Assembly: GCA_010909165.1 (NCBI GenBank)
Contig: VJWM01000226.1
Span: 62,001-126,000, forward strand
Reading direction: 5' to 3'
DNA length: 64,000 nucleotides
Source: Anthoceros angustus
Lineage: Eukaryota; Plantae; Anthocerotophyta
The position numbers and the translations under genes are program-made. Under the pieces are notes generated by a model. It did no database searches and had not been told where the DNA came from. It saw only the letters and a program-made list of their open reading frames with translations. Every line of letters starts with the position of its first letter. Positions within the stretch are counted from its first letter, which is position 1. Of the stretch, positions 46,034-59,510 are shown piece after piece.

Positions 46034-47497
46034 TCATTTAGAGCCTGGTCCACCAAAAAACATCCAAACACCACCCGCTACACCAGGTTGGGGTACTTGA
46101 CCCGTGTAAACCTTGCCATTATAATTGCTAGTAGCATCTTGGGCGAGTTCAACGTCATTAGCGTCAACAAGTACTCCTTGTCATCCAAGTGCGTAATGTA
46201 AAATGGCTTGATGAGCTGGTGTATCAATAGTGTCACCGCCTATTGGACCATTAGCATCTACACCGCACCTTCCATTTCCCATTTGTACTTTGGAATCTGG
46301 ACTTGACATGAAAACGCCTCTCCATTGTACAATAGTTGCATAATGGTCTTTGAACGAATTGAATATGGAAGCTGGCCAATAACCAACATTTGCTCCTTCA
46401 ATTGCTAACCACAAATCTCCATTGGTTGTAGGTCGCATTACAACATATCATAAATTAGAATAAGTTAGAAGAAATAGTATGAAATATGTCAAGTCCATAT
46501 TAGAAGTTTCGTAAGAATACTACCTAGCTAGAACGCCCAAGAAGAAAACATTTGTTCCTTCAATTGCTATAACTTACCTTATTAATATCAGTATAGCATG
46601 CTTGTACCTACATAATTGCCGGTGAATGCACCACCAAATATATGTGGGATCCGTTTGCACAAATCCGGTACAGAGAAAGCAAACCATTGCCGTTGTCACC
46701 GCTTTCAAAGGGAACAAATGATACAAAGTTAATGATTCATATACATCCTAATAAAGCGTTGAAATTTTCATGTGTTGATGATCACATACCGTCATCTTAT
46801 GAACAAACGAGGTGCAACATCTTGTGAATATAATGATGGATACACTGAAAAATATAAATTTTCATAGAAGTCAATTAACATGCTAACACCATGAGATATA
46901 AAATAATGCAAGAAGAAAATTGATGGATTTGTAAAATAATAACACATGCCATCCAACTTGAGCTAAATTTATAGAATCGATATGCGTGTCGTGACAAATA
47001 AAATAGAGACGTGGGAGTTTGAGTAACTGATGTTGGGTTAACGGATGGTTGCCAAAAGCTAATTCTAGATCCTCCTCCATTGAATGTTCCATGAACATTG
47101 CCAACTACATCTTGCACAATTAAAAGGTGAACTTGGTCAAGTATTGATAAAGAAGAAAGGAAATATAGTCTCAAATTGTAATATATCGATGGTTTAATGA
47201 ATATGGAAATTATGACATACATGAGTTAGCTAAATCGGCGTCGCTTTCAATATTAGCAAAATTGCTAGAGGTATTCTTGCTTTGATCGATGAAAGAATTG
47301 CGGAGGATGTGCTGCTTTGATCAATAAAACCCTCCTGCGTCATAGGCCGTTGTATAGGGATAGTTCCTTGGGGCATGATCCTACTTCTACATGATAGGCA
47401 CTTGGGGACGTCGCACCCCATTTGCTGATATTTGTAATTGGGATAACTCTAGAGGTGGTTTACGCAACATGTCAACAACAGAGTTCCATACTTTGCT
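46034..47497 (-). pseudogene. Neprosin partial copy (from the CPxGTIPI exon to the stop; lacks exon 1)
   Basis: PQGTIPIQR, GTFNGGGSRISFWQPSV, INLAQVGWHV, GYWPASIF, and C-terminus WMFFGGPGSK*. Confidence 0.8.
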
Positions 47498-47528
<31 letters not shown>

Positions 47529-47550
47529 AAAACAACAACAACAACAAAAC
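47498..47550. repeat. (CAA)n microsatellite
   Basis: Read directly from the sequence. Confidence 0.95.
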
Positions 47551-48165
47551 ATCCGCATGACACAATGGGAACACCATGCGAAAAGTGTGTCATACAAATT
47601 TTTGCCCTCGTGCAACGACGGCGATGTGGCACATTTTATACGTGTATTATGCGAGAACCTTAAAGATGCCATGGCATATTTTAGACAAAGATACTAAAAA
47701 CAAAGTCACACACACGAAGTCATGTGACAAGAATGGTATTCCATCCTCCTCCCCCATTTGTCCATACGAAACTTTTAGGGTTGAGGAAAACTTAGGATTG
47801 CGATGTAGGAGAAGAAGTATATTACCCAGTTCTGAAATTCTTCCTAGAATGGATATGAGATGGCCAAATTTATAAACCTCGTCTCGCCTTGCACCAGATC
47901 ATCATTGCCAAACCGGGTGGGGCTCTTAACGATGATATCACGGTGTAGGAGAAATATGCGAAAGGAGACACTTGAAATACAAACCGGTTTTCAAATCCAA
48001 GAATAAGTGAAAGCAATTGTGTATAAGGCGACTATATCTAGGAAGTTGTCATATTTGAATTAAATCATGAGTAAAACATTAAACTTTCAAAACTTTAAAC
48101 ACGGAATGCATATGCTTTGAAACTACAAAATATTGTTTCACAACTTCAAATTTCTAGATTCATTT

Positions 48166-49330
48166 TCATTTAGAGCCTGGTCCACCAAAAAACATCCAAA
48201 CACCACCCGCTACACCAGGTTGGGGTACTTGACCCGTGTAAACCTTGCCATTATAATTGCTAGTAGCATCTTGGGCGAGTTCAACGTCATTAGCGTCAAC
48301 AAGTACTCCTTGTCATCCAAGTGCGTAATGTAAAATGGCTTGATGAGCTGGTGTATCAATAGTGTCACCGCCTATTGGACCATTAGCATCTACACCGCAC
48401 CTTCCATTTCCCATTTGTACTTTGGAATCTGGACTTGACATGAAAACGCCTCTCCATTGTACAATAGTTGCATAATGGTCTTTGAACGAATTGAATATGG
48501 AAGCTGGCCAATAACCAACATTTGCTCCTTCAATTGCTAACCACAAATCTCCATTGGTTGTAGGTCGCATTACAACATATCATAAATTAGAATAAGTTAG
48601 AAGAAATAGTATGAAATATGTCAAGTCCATATTAGAAGTTTCGTAAGAATACTACCTAGCTAGAACGCCCAAGAAGAAAACATTTGTTCCTTCAATTGCT
48701 ATAACTTACCTTATTAATATCAGTATAGCATGCTTGTACCTACATAATTGCCGGTGAATGCACCACCAAATATATGTGGGATCCGTTTGCACAAATCCGG
48801 TACAGAGAAAGCAAACCATTGCCGTTGTCACCGCTTTCAAAGGGAACAAATGATACAAAGTTAATGATTCATATACATCCTAATAAAGCGTTGAAATTTT
48901 CATGTGTTGATGATCACATACCGTCATCTTATGAACAAACGAGGTGCAACATCTTGTGAATATAATGATGGATACACTGAAAAATATAAATTTTCATAGA
49001 GAAGTCAATTAACATGTCATAACACCATGAGATATAAAATAATGCAAGAAGAAAATTGATGGATTTGTAAAATAATAACACATGCCATCCAACTTGAGCT
49101 AAATTTATAGAATCGATATGCGTGTCGTGACAAATAAAATAGAGACGTGGGAGTTTGAGTAACTGATGTTGGGTTAACGGATGGTTGCCAAAAGCTAATT
49201 CTAGATCCTCCTCCATTGAATGTTCCATGAACATTGCCAACTACATCTTGCACAATTAAAAGGTGAACTTGGTCAAGTATTGATAAAGAAGAAAGGGAAA
49301 TATAGTCTCAAATTGTAATATATCGATGGT
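48166..49330 (-). pseudogene. Neprosin partial copy (catalytic-domain exons)
   Basis: Same motifs; ORFs are identical to those 2132 bp upstream. Confidence 0.75.
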
Positions 49331-49337
49331 TTAATGA

Positions 49338-50476
49338 ATATGGAAGCTGGCCAATAACCAACATTTGCTCCTTCAATTGCTAACCACAAATCTCCATTGG
49401 TTGTAGGTCGCATTACAACATATCATAAATTAGAATAAGTTAGAAGAAATAGTATGAAATATGTCAAGTCCATATTAGAAGTTTATTAAGAATACTACCT
49501 AGCTAGAACGCCCAAGAAAACATTTGTTCCTTCAATTGCTATAACTTACCTTAATCTTGTATAGCATGCTTGTACCTACATAATTGCGGTGAATGCACCA
49601 CCAAATACATATGTGGGATCCGTTTGCACAATCAAATACGCAAGGTTGAAGCGACCATTGCCGTTGTCGACTGCTCAAAGGGAACAAATGATACAAAGTT
49701 AATGATTCATATACATCCTAATAAAGCGTTGAAATTTTCATGTGTTGATGATCACATACCGTCCATCTTATGAACAAAGCGAGGTGCAACATCTTGTGAA
49801 TATAATGATGGATACACTGAAAAATATAAATTTTCATAGAAGTCAATTAACATGTCATAACACCATGAGATATAAAATAATGCAAGAAGAAAATTGATGG
49901 ATTTGTAAAATAATAACTTACATGCCATCCAACTTGAGCTAAATTTATAGAATCGATATGCGTGTCGTGACAAATAAAATAGAGGACGTGGGAGTTTGAG
50001 TAATCTGATGTTGGGTTAACGGATGGTTGCCAAAAGCTAATTCTAGATCCTCCTCCATTGAATGTTCCATGAACATTGCCAACAACTATCTTGCACAATT
50101 AAAAGGTGAACTTGGTCAAGTATTGAGAAAGAAGAAGAAATATAGTCTCAAATTGTAATATATCGATGGTTTAATGAATATAGTGAAATTATGACATACA
50201 TGAGTTAGCTAAATCGGCGTCGCTTTCAATATTAGCAAAATTGCTAGAGGTATTCTTGCTTTGATCGATGAAAGAATTGCGGAGGATGTGCTGCTTTGAT
50301 CAATAAAACCCTCCTGCGTCATAGGCCGTTGTATAGGGATAGTTCCTTGGGGCATGATCCTACTTCTACATGATAGGCACTTGGGGACGTCGCACCCCAT
50401 TTGCTGATATTTGTAATTGGGATAACTCTAGAGGTGGTTTACGCAACATGTCAACAACAGAGTTCCATACTTTGCT

Positions 50477-50507
<31 letters not shown>

Positions 50508-50535
50508 AAAACAACAACAACAACAAAACAACAAC

Positions 50536-50579
<44 letters not shown>

Positions 50580-50999
50580 TAGTAGCTGCATATATCGATA
50601 ACTATAGTTGACATAAAAATGAAAAAGGCAGTCATACGGGTGTGTGAACCCACATACTTGAATCACATGATCTTTAAAAGATGGATGTTGTAAAGTCGGT
50701 GGTGTTCCACCTTCACACAATCTACTATAGTGCCATTAGGGCTGCAACATAAACAAGATAAAGCAATTGAGTATCTTACATTGCATATAATAAAGATGCC
50801 ATGAAAAGGTACCAAGAGATAGTGGAGTATAGTATATACATTATGGGATTCCACAAATGGCACATGAACATTCAAGTCAAAGCACCATCCGGGATGGGGT
50901 GAGAAACTTATTTTGAGCATTCGCGCATGACTAGCATATGAGAAATGCACAAAGATAACAAACATCAACCCCAACACTAAAGTTGCAGCACGACTTCAT
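49338..50999 (-). pseudogene. Neprosin copy with signal peptide and activation peptide but a truncated last exon
   Basis: MKS..TLVLGLMFVIFVHFSYA (signal-like), GTIVDCVKVEH.PTLQHPSFKDHVIQ (activation peptide), PQGTIPIQR, and the catalytic exons. Confidence 0.75.
50477..50580. repeat. Compound (CAA)n(TAA)n microsatellite in a neprosin intron
   Basis: Read directly from the sequence. Confidence 0.95.
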
Positions 51000-51938
51000 G
51001 ATTACAAAGCTTTGGGTCTAAGCAATATGCAAATGGATGTAATTGATCAACGATAATTTGTAGGATGGTGGTTGAGGCACATATATAGGCATTTTGGGAT
51101 TTTTTCTCGATAATATGGACAAAAGCGAAATAGCTTTGCTCTCTTGGTGTTAGACTAAGCATATCCCTCTCTATGTTATGGAGTTTTGAATGATTTCCCA
51201 CGGTCTCTACTCAGCTGACATAAGTTGCAACCATGAGTGAGTGGAACAAGGAACCCGTCCCTCTTCAAGCCTTGGTGAAGAATTTGGCGTTTCTCCACCG
51301 ATCCCGAGTGGGCGACAACCTTGTAAAGGCCATACTTGGAGTAGTTGGTGGTTCCCTTGAAGTCATCGGGGATGGTGTCGACTAAGCATATCCCTCTCTA
51401 TGTTATGGAGTTTTGAATGATTTCCCACGGTCTCTACTCAACAAGTTGCAACCATGAGTGAGTGGAACAAGGAACCCGTCCCTCTTCAAGCCTTGGTGAA
51501 GAATTTGACGTTTCTCCACCGATCCCGAGTGTGGGAAGCGACAACCTTGTAAAGGCCATACTTGGAGTAGGTGGTTCCCACGGGAGTCATCGGGGATGGT
51601 GTCGACTAGCGCGCCATTCAAATACATGTTCAGCCGGCATGCTGGTGCCTAGCGTTCACGGTGATCGAGGTGTCGTATACTCCCGTTGTAGCGATTTGGG
51701 ATGAGTAGTAGCACGAGAGCCACCGTTGGCAGCCATGCCGGGCGCATCAAGGGCCGCCGTCGCCCAAGATGCGGGCAGGGGCGGTCGTTCGGAGGAGCGA
51801 GAACTTGAGCTCCCCTCGAAGCTGCATCCGCCCGGTGTAATCATTGTTGTTTGGATTTCGAGCCGGTGCACGTTGGTGTCGATGATTGCGACGTTTCCAG
51901 GTCCACTATAAGAATCGCGGTGTTTTCAATGCATTTTA

Positions 51939-52450
51939 TGTCACAATCGGATACATGCGAGACGGAGGCGAACAAGCGGGACAAGCCGACGATGATGGAT
52001 GCTAGCTATGTGATGATGGATGCTAGCTATGTGATCGATAGCTAGGCAATTGCGAGGCTAGTGTAGGAAGGCCAACAAGCGGGCTAGGGTGTACGTGGGA
52101 GCGTGATTGAGGCGGATAGGCCAACCAAGGTTAGACCGAGCCAGGCCAGTTAGGCTGACCCGGATGACACTAACCTAGCTGCAGAGATTCTCGACATCGA
52201 GAGGCGAGCATTGCGGAGGACCGTGAAGGAATTCTTGGTGAGATGGGAAGGCAACCATCAAGAGGACCCGGTACGGGACACGAGGCCTTTATCGAAACTT
52301 TTCAACACCTCGGCAAAGGCGGAGGCGGAGAATGAAGAACGAGGCCCTCCCGATGCTCACTAGAGAAAGGAGGAGGGTGTCACGATCGGATACATGCAAG
52401 TGAGGGGACAAGCCGACGATGATAGATGCTAGCTATGTAATCCATAGCTC
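51939..52450 (+). mobile_element. Internally deleted chromovirus (gypsy) remnant: LTR-start repeat, chromodomain, PPT, LTR-start repeat
   Basis: tgtcac(a/g)atcggatacatgc...gacaagccgacgatgat(g/a)gatgctagctatgt at 51939 and 52378; EILDIERRALRRTVKEFLVRWEGNHQEDP; purine tract agagaaaggaggaggg at 52362-52377. Confidence 0.7.
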
Positions 52451-52835
52451 AAAGTGTATGCCTCTACATCTTAATCTTGGTCTCTCGTCTCAGGAATGCC
52501 GATTACATTTTACAACGTAATTTACAACCTAAAGTTGTAAAAGAATGACTTAAATAGGTTGGAAATTTGCGTGGCGGGGAAGATTATCACGTCATAGAGT
52601 TGATGACGTGGCGGCCACATCAGCAAATTGGTAGGTATTAATAGCACTTACAAGTGCTATTAATACAAGTCTCCGGAAGGGTCATTCTCCATTAAAGGGG
52701 TTTGGGTCCCTAAAGGCCAAAAAGTGATCCTCCAAAAGGGGCCAAAGCGTATCATCTCCATAAAAGCACTCTTTACACATGTACAAAATACATTGACCAT
52801 GTTATTTTTCGCGAACACTTATCTTGGCAGGCAGA

Positions 52836-54760
52836 CAAGGTTCGCGGATTTCACCTTCACAAGAAAGGATTTCAAGGATCTATGAATGGTGCTAGGAATC
52901 CTAGAGACACCTCTGTGCGGTGATGATTTCCTATCAAGGTGAATAGTAGGCAAGCCAAACCAAACTAGTCCGGCCAAGGCAAACTACGGACGTCCGACGC
53001 AACCAACAACGCAAAGAAGAAACTCCCAAGCCGTCTGGCAACTCGTTGGACGTCGCGCAATTGTGAGAGGACATCAACCGGCCTAATCAAGGCCATCTCG
53101 AGAGGGACCAACTACATTTAGAAAGCAGTAGCGACGTTTGGCGCAATGTGAGTCCCTGTACAGACTCCATTGTTAGAGTGCAAAACAAAGGAAGGAACTG
53201 GGGCAATGCGGACGTCCGGCGCATTTGGTCTGCGAAGCTGCGCGGACGTCTTGGAGACCCCGATCTTGCGGACGTCCGGCGCATTTGTGTACGATCTTCT
53301 TGGGCCCAAGCGTGATGGAAGTGGTGGAGTGGATGCGCCGGACGAAGGCGCATTTGGCGCGAGTCTGGCACCGGACGTCTTGGAGACCCCGATCTTGCCG
53401 GACGTCCGCGACGGCGCGTGACTCATCTTGGGCCCAAGCGTGATGGAAGTGGTGGAGTGGATGCGGACGTCCGCGCATTTGTATATGAATTACTTCTATA
53501 TGATGTAAGAGCATGCGCTTTGAGTACGTAGGGGTGTAGATAGACCAATCAACATAAGAGTTCCAAGGTTCGCGGATTTCACCTTCACAAGAAAGGATTT
53601 CAAGGATCTATGAATGGTGCTAGGAATCCTAGAGACACCTCATCGCGGTGGGATGTTTCCTATCAAGGTGAATAGTAGGCAAGCCAAACCAAACTAGTCC
53701 AAAAGGCAAACTACGGACGTCCGACGCAACCAACAACGCAAAGAAGAAACTCCCAAGCCGTCACGGCAACTCGTTGGACGTCGCGCAATTGTGAAGGACA
53801 TCAACCGGCGGCCTAATCAAGGCCATCTCGAGAGGGACCAACTATTTGTAAGCAGTAGCGGGCGTTTGGCGCAATGTGAGTACATAGCCACAGGAACTCC
53901 ATTGTTAGAGTGCAAAACAAAGGAAGGAGCTGGGCAATGCGGACGTAGGCGCATTTGCGCGGTCTGCGAAGCTGCGCGGACGTCTTGGAGACCCCGATCT
54001 TGCCGGACGTCAGGCGCGCGACGATCTTCTTGGGCCCAAGCGTGATGGAAGTGGTGGAGTGGATGCGGACGTCCGCGCATTTGTATATGAATTACTTCTA
54101 TATGATGTAGAACGCGTGGATGCGTAGGGGTGTAGATAGACCAATCAACATAAGAGTTCCAAGGTTCGCGGATTTCACCTTCACAAGAAAGGATTTCAAG
54201 GATCTATGAATGGTGCTAGGAATCCTAGAGACACCTCATCGCGGTGGGATGTTTCCTATCAAGGTGAATAGTAGGCAAGCCAAACCAAACTAGTCCAAAA
54301 GGCAAACTACGGACGTCCGACGCAACCAACAACGCAAGAAGAACTCCCAAGCCGTCACGGCAACTCGTTGGACGTCGCGCAATTGTGAAGGACATCAACC
54401 GGCGGCCTAATCAAGGCCATCTCGAGAGGGACCAACTATTTGTAAGCAGTAGCGGGCGTTTGGCGCAATGTGAGTACATAGCCACAGGAACTCCATTGTT
54501 AGAGTGCAAAACAAAGGAAGGAGCTGGGCAATGCGGACGTAGGCGCATTTGCGCGGTCTGCGAAGCTGCGCGGACGTCTTGGAGACCCCGATCTTGCCGG
54601 ACGTCAGGCGCGCGACGATCTTCTTGGGCCCAAGCGTGATGGAAGTGGTGGAGTGGATGCGGACGTCCGCGCATTTGTATATGAATTACTTCTATATGAT
54701 GTAGAACGCGTGGATGCGTAGGGGTGTAGATAGACCAATCAACATAAGAGTTCCAAGGTT
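52836..54760. repeat. Three tandem copies of a ~0.6-0.73 kb unit rich in palindromic GGACGTCC/GACGTC motifs; single copy at ~59905-60525
   Basis: caaggttcgcggatttcacc recurs at ~52836, 53566 and 54160. ORFs 53791 and 54385 are identical at a 594-bp offset. Confidence 0.9.
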
Positions 54761-55491
54761 CAGCAACTTTGGGATTGGATCGATTCTAGGATGGGGTGCG
54801 TTGTAAGTGGTTTGAAAACTTTGCAAGAACTCCACTATTAAGCAACATGGCGTGGGTCGATCTTGGGATGGGGTGCTGATTTTGAGTGGTTTGAAAATTT
54901 TGTAAATCATCCCGGTATCTAGGCGTAAAGTGGAATATTGTTTTGAAAGTCATTCATTGGTTGATGTTATGTTCCCACATTCCTTTGTAAATAACATCTA
55001 AAACTTTTCGGCCTTACTCTATGTGCTCTATCTACGACTTGCAGATGGATCTTTTCGATAGGTGCACGAATGTTCAGCTCATTCGAGTTTGGCATATAGA
55101 TGCATGGGCGTTGGTTTCTAGATGAGGTACATTTTCCAAAATTTGACATGTGTAATGGTGGTTTTGATGGCCAACCTTTTGAAGGCGACAATGTTTCACA
55201 ATGTTTTGCGGAAAGTAAGAAAATAAAGAGAATAGATGATCCGTCTTAAGTAATGTGAAGATATCACGATGTAGGAGAAATATCACGAAAGGAGACACTT
55301 GAAATACAAGCGGTTTTCAAATCCAAGAATAAGTGAAAGCAATTGTGTATAAGACGACTATATCTAGGAAGTTGTCATATTTGAATTAAATCATGAGTAA
55401 AACATTAAACTTTCAAAACTTTAAACACGGAATGCATATGCTTTGAAACTACAAAATATTGTTTCACAACTTCAAATTTCTAGATTCATTT

Positions 55492-57772
55492 TCATTTAGA
55501 GCCTGGTCCACGAAAAACATCCAAACACCACCCGCTACACGGGTTGGGGTACTTGACCCGTGTAAACCTTGCCATTATAATTGCTAGTAGCATCTTGGGC
55601 GAGTTCAACGTCATTAGCGTCATATGCAACAAGTACTCCCTTGTCATCCAAGTGCGTGTAATGTAAAATGGCTTGATGAGCTGGTGTATCAATAGTGTCA
55701 CCGCCTATTGGACCATTAGCATCTACACCGTACCTTCCATTTCCCATTTGTACTTTGGAATCTGGACTTGACATGAAAACGTCTCCCCATTGTACAATAG
55801 TTGCATAATGGTCTTTGAGCAATTGAATATGGAAGCTGGCCAATAACCAACATTTGCTCCTTCAATTGCTAACCACAAATCTCCATTGGTTGTAGGTGCA
55901 TTACAACATATCATAAATTAGAATAAGTTAGAAGAAAATGGTATGAAATATGTCAAGTCCATATTAGAAGTTTCGTAAGAATACTACCTAGCTAGAACGC
56001 CCCAAGAAGAAAACATTTGTTCCTTCAATTGCTAACTTACCTTATTAATCTTGTATAGCATGCTTGTACCTACATAATTGCGGTGAATGCACCACCAAAT
56101 ACATATATGGGATCCGTTTGCACAAATCCGTACACATGCAGTTGAAGCATTACGATTCTCGCTGCTCAAAGGGAACAAATGATACAAAGTTAATGATTCA
56201 TATACATCCTAATAAAGCGTTGAAATTTCATGTGTTGATGATCACATACCGTCCATCTTATGAACAAACGAGGTGCAACATCTTGTGAATATAATGATGG
56301 ATACACCTGAAAAATATAAATTTTCATAGAGAAGTCAATTAACATGTCATAACACCATGAGATATAAAATAATGCAAGAAGAAAATTGATGGATTTGTAA
56401 AATAATAACTTACATGCCATCCAACTTGAGCTAAATTTATAGAATCGATATGCGTGTAATGTAAAATGGCTTGATGAGCTGGTGTATCAATAGTGTCACC
56501 GCCTATTGGACCATTAGCATCTACACTTCCATTTCCCATTTGTACTTTGGAATCTGGACTTGACATGAAAACGTCTCCCCATTGTACAATAGTTGCATAA
56601 TGGTCTTTGAGCGAATTGAATATGGCCAATAACCAACATTTGCTCCTTCAATTGCTAACCACAAATCTCCATTGGTTGTAGGTGCATTACAACATATCAT
56701 AAATTAGAATAAGTTAGAAGAAAATAGTATGAAATATGTCAAGTCCATATTAGAAGTTTCGTAAGAATACTACCTAGCTAGAACGCAGAAAGAAAACATT
56801 TGTTCCTTCAATTGCTATAACTTACCTTATTAATATAGCATGCTTGTACCTACATAATTGCCGGTGAATGCACCACCAAATACATGTGGGATCCGTTTGC
56901 ACAAATCCGGTACACGCAGGTTGAAGCACCATTGCCGTTGTCACCTGCTCAAAGGGAACAAATGATACAAAGTTAATGATTCATATACATCCTAATAAAG
57001 CGTTGAAATTTCATGTGTTGATGATCACATACCGTCCATCTTATGAACAAACGAGGTGCAACATCTTGTGAATATAATGATGGATACACGAAAAATATAA
57101 ATTTTCATAGAGAAGTCAATTAACATGTCATAACACCATGAGATATAAAATAATGCAAGAAGAAAATTGATGGATTTGTAAAATAATAACTTACATGCCA
57201 TCCAACTTGAGCTAAATTTATAGAATCGATATGCGTGTCGACGGCAAATAAAATAGAGGCGTGGAGTTTGAGTAATTAACTGCTGATGTTGGGTTAACGG
57301 ATGGTTGCCAAAAGCTAATTCTAGATCCTCCTCCATTGAATGTTCCATGAACATTGCCAACTACATATCTTGCACAATTAAAAGGTGAACTTGGTCAAGT
57401 ATTGAGAAAGAAGAAAGGAAATATAGTCTCAAATTGTAATATATACGATGGTTTAATGAATATAGTGAAATTATGACATACATGAGTTAGCTAAATAAGC
57501 GTCGCTTTCAATATTAGCAAAATTGCTAGAGGTATTCTTGCTTTGATCGATGAAAGAATTGCGGAGGATGTACTGCTTTGATCAATAAAACCCTCCTGCG
57601 TCATAGGCCGTTGTATAGGGATAGTTCCTTGGGGCATGATCCTACTTCTACATGATAGAGCTGCTTAGGACGTCGCACCCCATTTGCTGATATTTGTAAT
57701 TGGGATAACTCTAGAGGTGGTTTGCAACATGTCAACAACGGGAGTTCCATACTTTGCTACAACAACAACAGC

Positions 57773-57861
<89 letters not shown>

Positions 57862-57889
57862 AAACAACAACAACAACAAAAACAACAAC

Positions 57890-57920
<31 letters not shown>

Positions 57921-58341
57921 TAGTAGCTGCATATATATATCGATAACTATAGTTGACATAAAAATGAAAAAGGCAGTCATACGTGTGTGAACCCACATAC
58001 TTGAATCACATGATCTTTAAAAGATGGATGTTGTAAAGTCAATTGGTGTTCCACCTTCACACAATCTACTATAGTGCCATCGGAGCGCAACATAAACAAG
58101 ATAAAACGAATTGAGTATCTTACATTGCATATAATAAAGATGCCATGAAAAGGTACCAAGAGATAGTGGAGTATAGTATATACATTATGGATTCCACAAA
58201 TGGCACATGAACATTCAAGTCAAAGCACCATCCGGGGATGTGAGGGAAACTTATTTTGAGCATTCGCATGACTAGCATATGAGAAATGCACAAAGATAAC
58301 AAACATCAACCCCAACACTAAAGTTGCGTAGGCGACTTCAT
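55492..58341 (-). CDS. Neprosin gene, full span (contains an internal ~0.7-kb duplication and indels)
   Basis: All exons present, from the ATG at 58341 to the RGPGSK*/FGGPGSK* stop at 55492. Confidence 0.75.
57759..57918. repeat. Compound (CAA)n(TAA)n microsatellite in a neprosin intron
   Basis: Read directly from the sequence. Confidence 0.95.
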
Positions 58342-59042
58342 GATTACAAAGCTTTGGGTCTAAGCAATATGCAAATGGATGTAATTGATCAGCGATAATT
58401 TGTAGGATGGTGGTTGAGGCACATATATAGGCATTTTGGGATTTTTTCTCGATAATATGGACAAAAGCGAAATAGCTTTGCTCTCTTGGTGTTAGACTAA
58501 GCATATCCTCTCTATGTTATGGAGTTTTGAATGATTTCCACGGTCTCTACTCAGCGGCTTGTAAGTTGCAACCATGAGTGAGTGGAACAAGGAACCCGTC
58601 CCTCTTCAAGCCTTGGTGAAGAATTTGGCGTTTCTCCGATCCCGAGCCGTGGGCGACAACCTTGTAAAGGCCATACTTGGAGTAGTTGGTGGTTCACTTG
58701 AAGTCATCGGGATGGTGTCGACTAGTAGCATTCAAATACATGTTCACGGCCACACCGTCTTTGGTGCACTAGCGTTCACGGTGATCGAGGTGTCGTATAC
58801 TCCGTTGTAGCAGTTTGGGATGAGTAGTAGCGAGAGCCACCGTTGGCGCCCATGCCGAGCCGCATCAAGGGCCGTCGCCCAAGATGGAGCGAGGGGCGGT
58901 CGTTCGGGAGGAGGCGAACAGGCTCCTCAGGCGCATCCGCCCGGTGTAATCATTGTTGTTTGGTTCGGAGGTGCACGTTGGTGTGATGATTGCGAACGTT
59001 TCGGTCCACTATAAGAATCGCGGTGTTTTTCAATGCATTTTA

Positions 59043-59510
59043 TGTCTGTCGATACATGCCGAGGCCAGGCGAGACAAGCCAACGATGATGGATGCTAGCT
59101 ATGTGATCGGTAGCTAGGCTGCGAGGCTAGTGTAGGAAGACGCAGAACGGCGCTAGGGTGTGCATTAGGAGCGTGATTGAGGCGGATAGGCCAGCAAGGT
59201 TAGGCAAGCGGTGATTAGGTGGCCAGATGACACTAACCTAGCTGCGGAGATTCGACATCGGAGGCGAGCATTGCGGAGAGGGCCGTGAAGAATTCTTGGT
59301 GAGATGGGAAGGCAACCATCAAGAGGACCCAGTGGGACAGGGCCTTTATCGAAACTTTTCAACACCTCAAGCCGGAGGCGAAGAGAATGAGCAGGCCCTC
59401 CCGATGCTCACTAGAGAAAGGAGGAGGTGTCACGATCATGCAAGCCTGGTGAGGGGACAAGCGGGACAAGCCGACTTGATGATAGATGCTAGCTATGTAA
59501 TCCATAGCTC
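59043..59510 (+). mobile_element. Second copy of the chromovirus remnant
   Basis: Co-linear with 51939-52450 (FLVRWEGNHQEDPVG, purine tract, tgtcacgatc). Confidence 0.65.
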
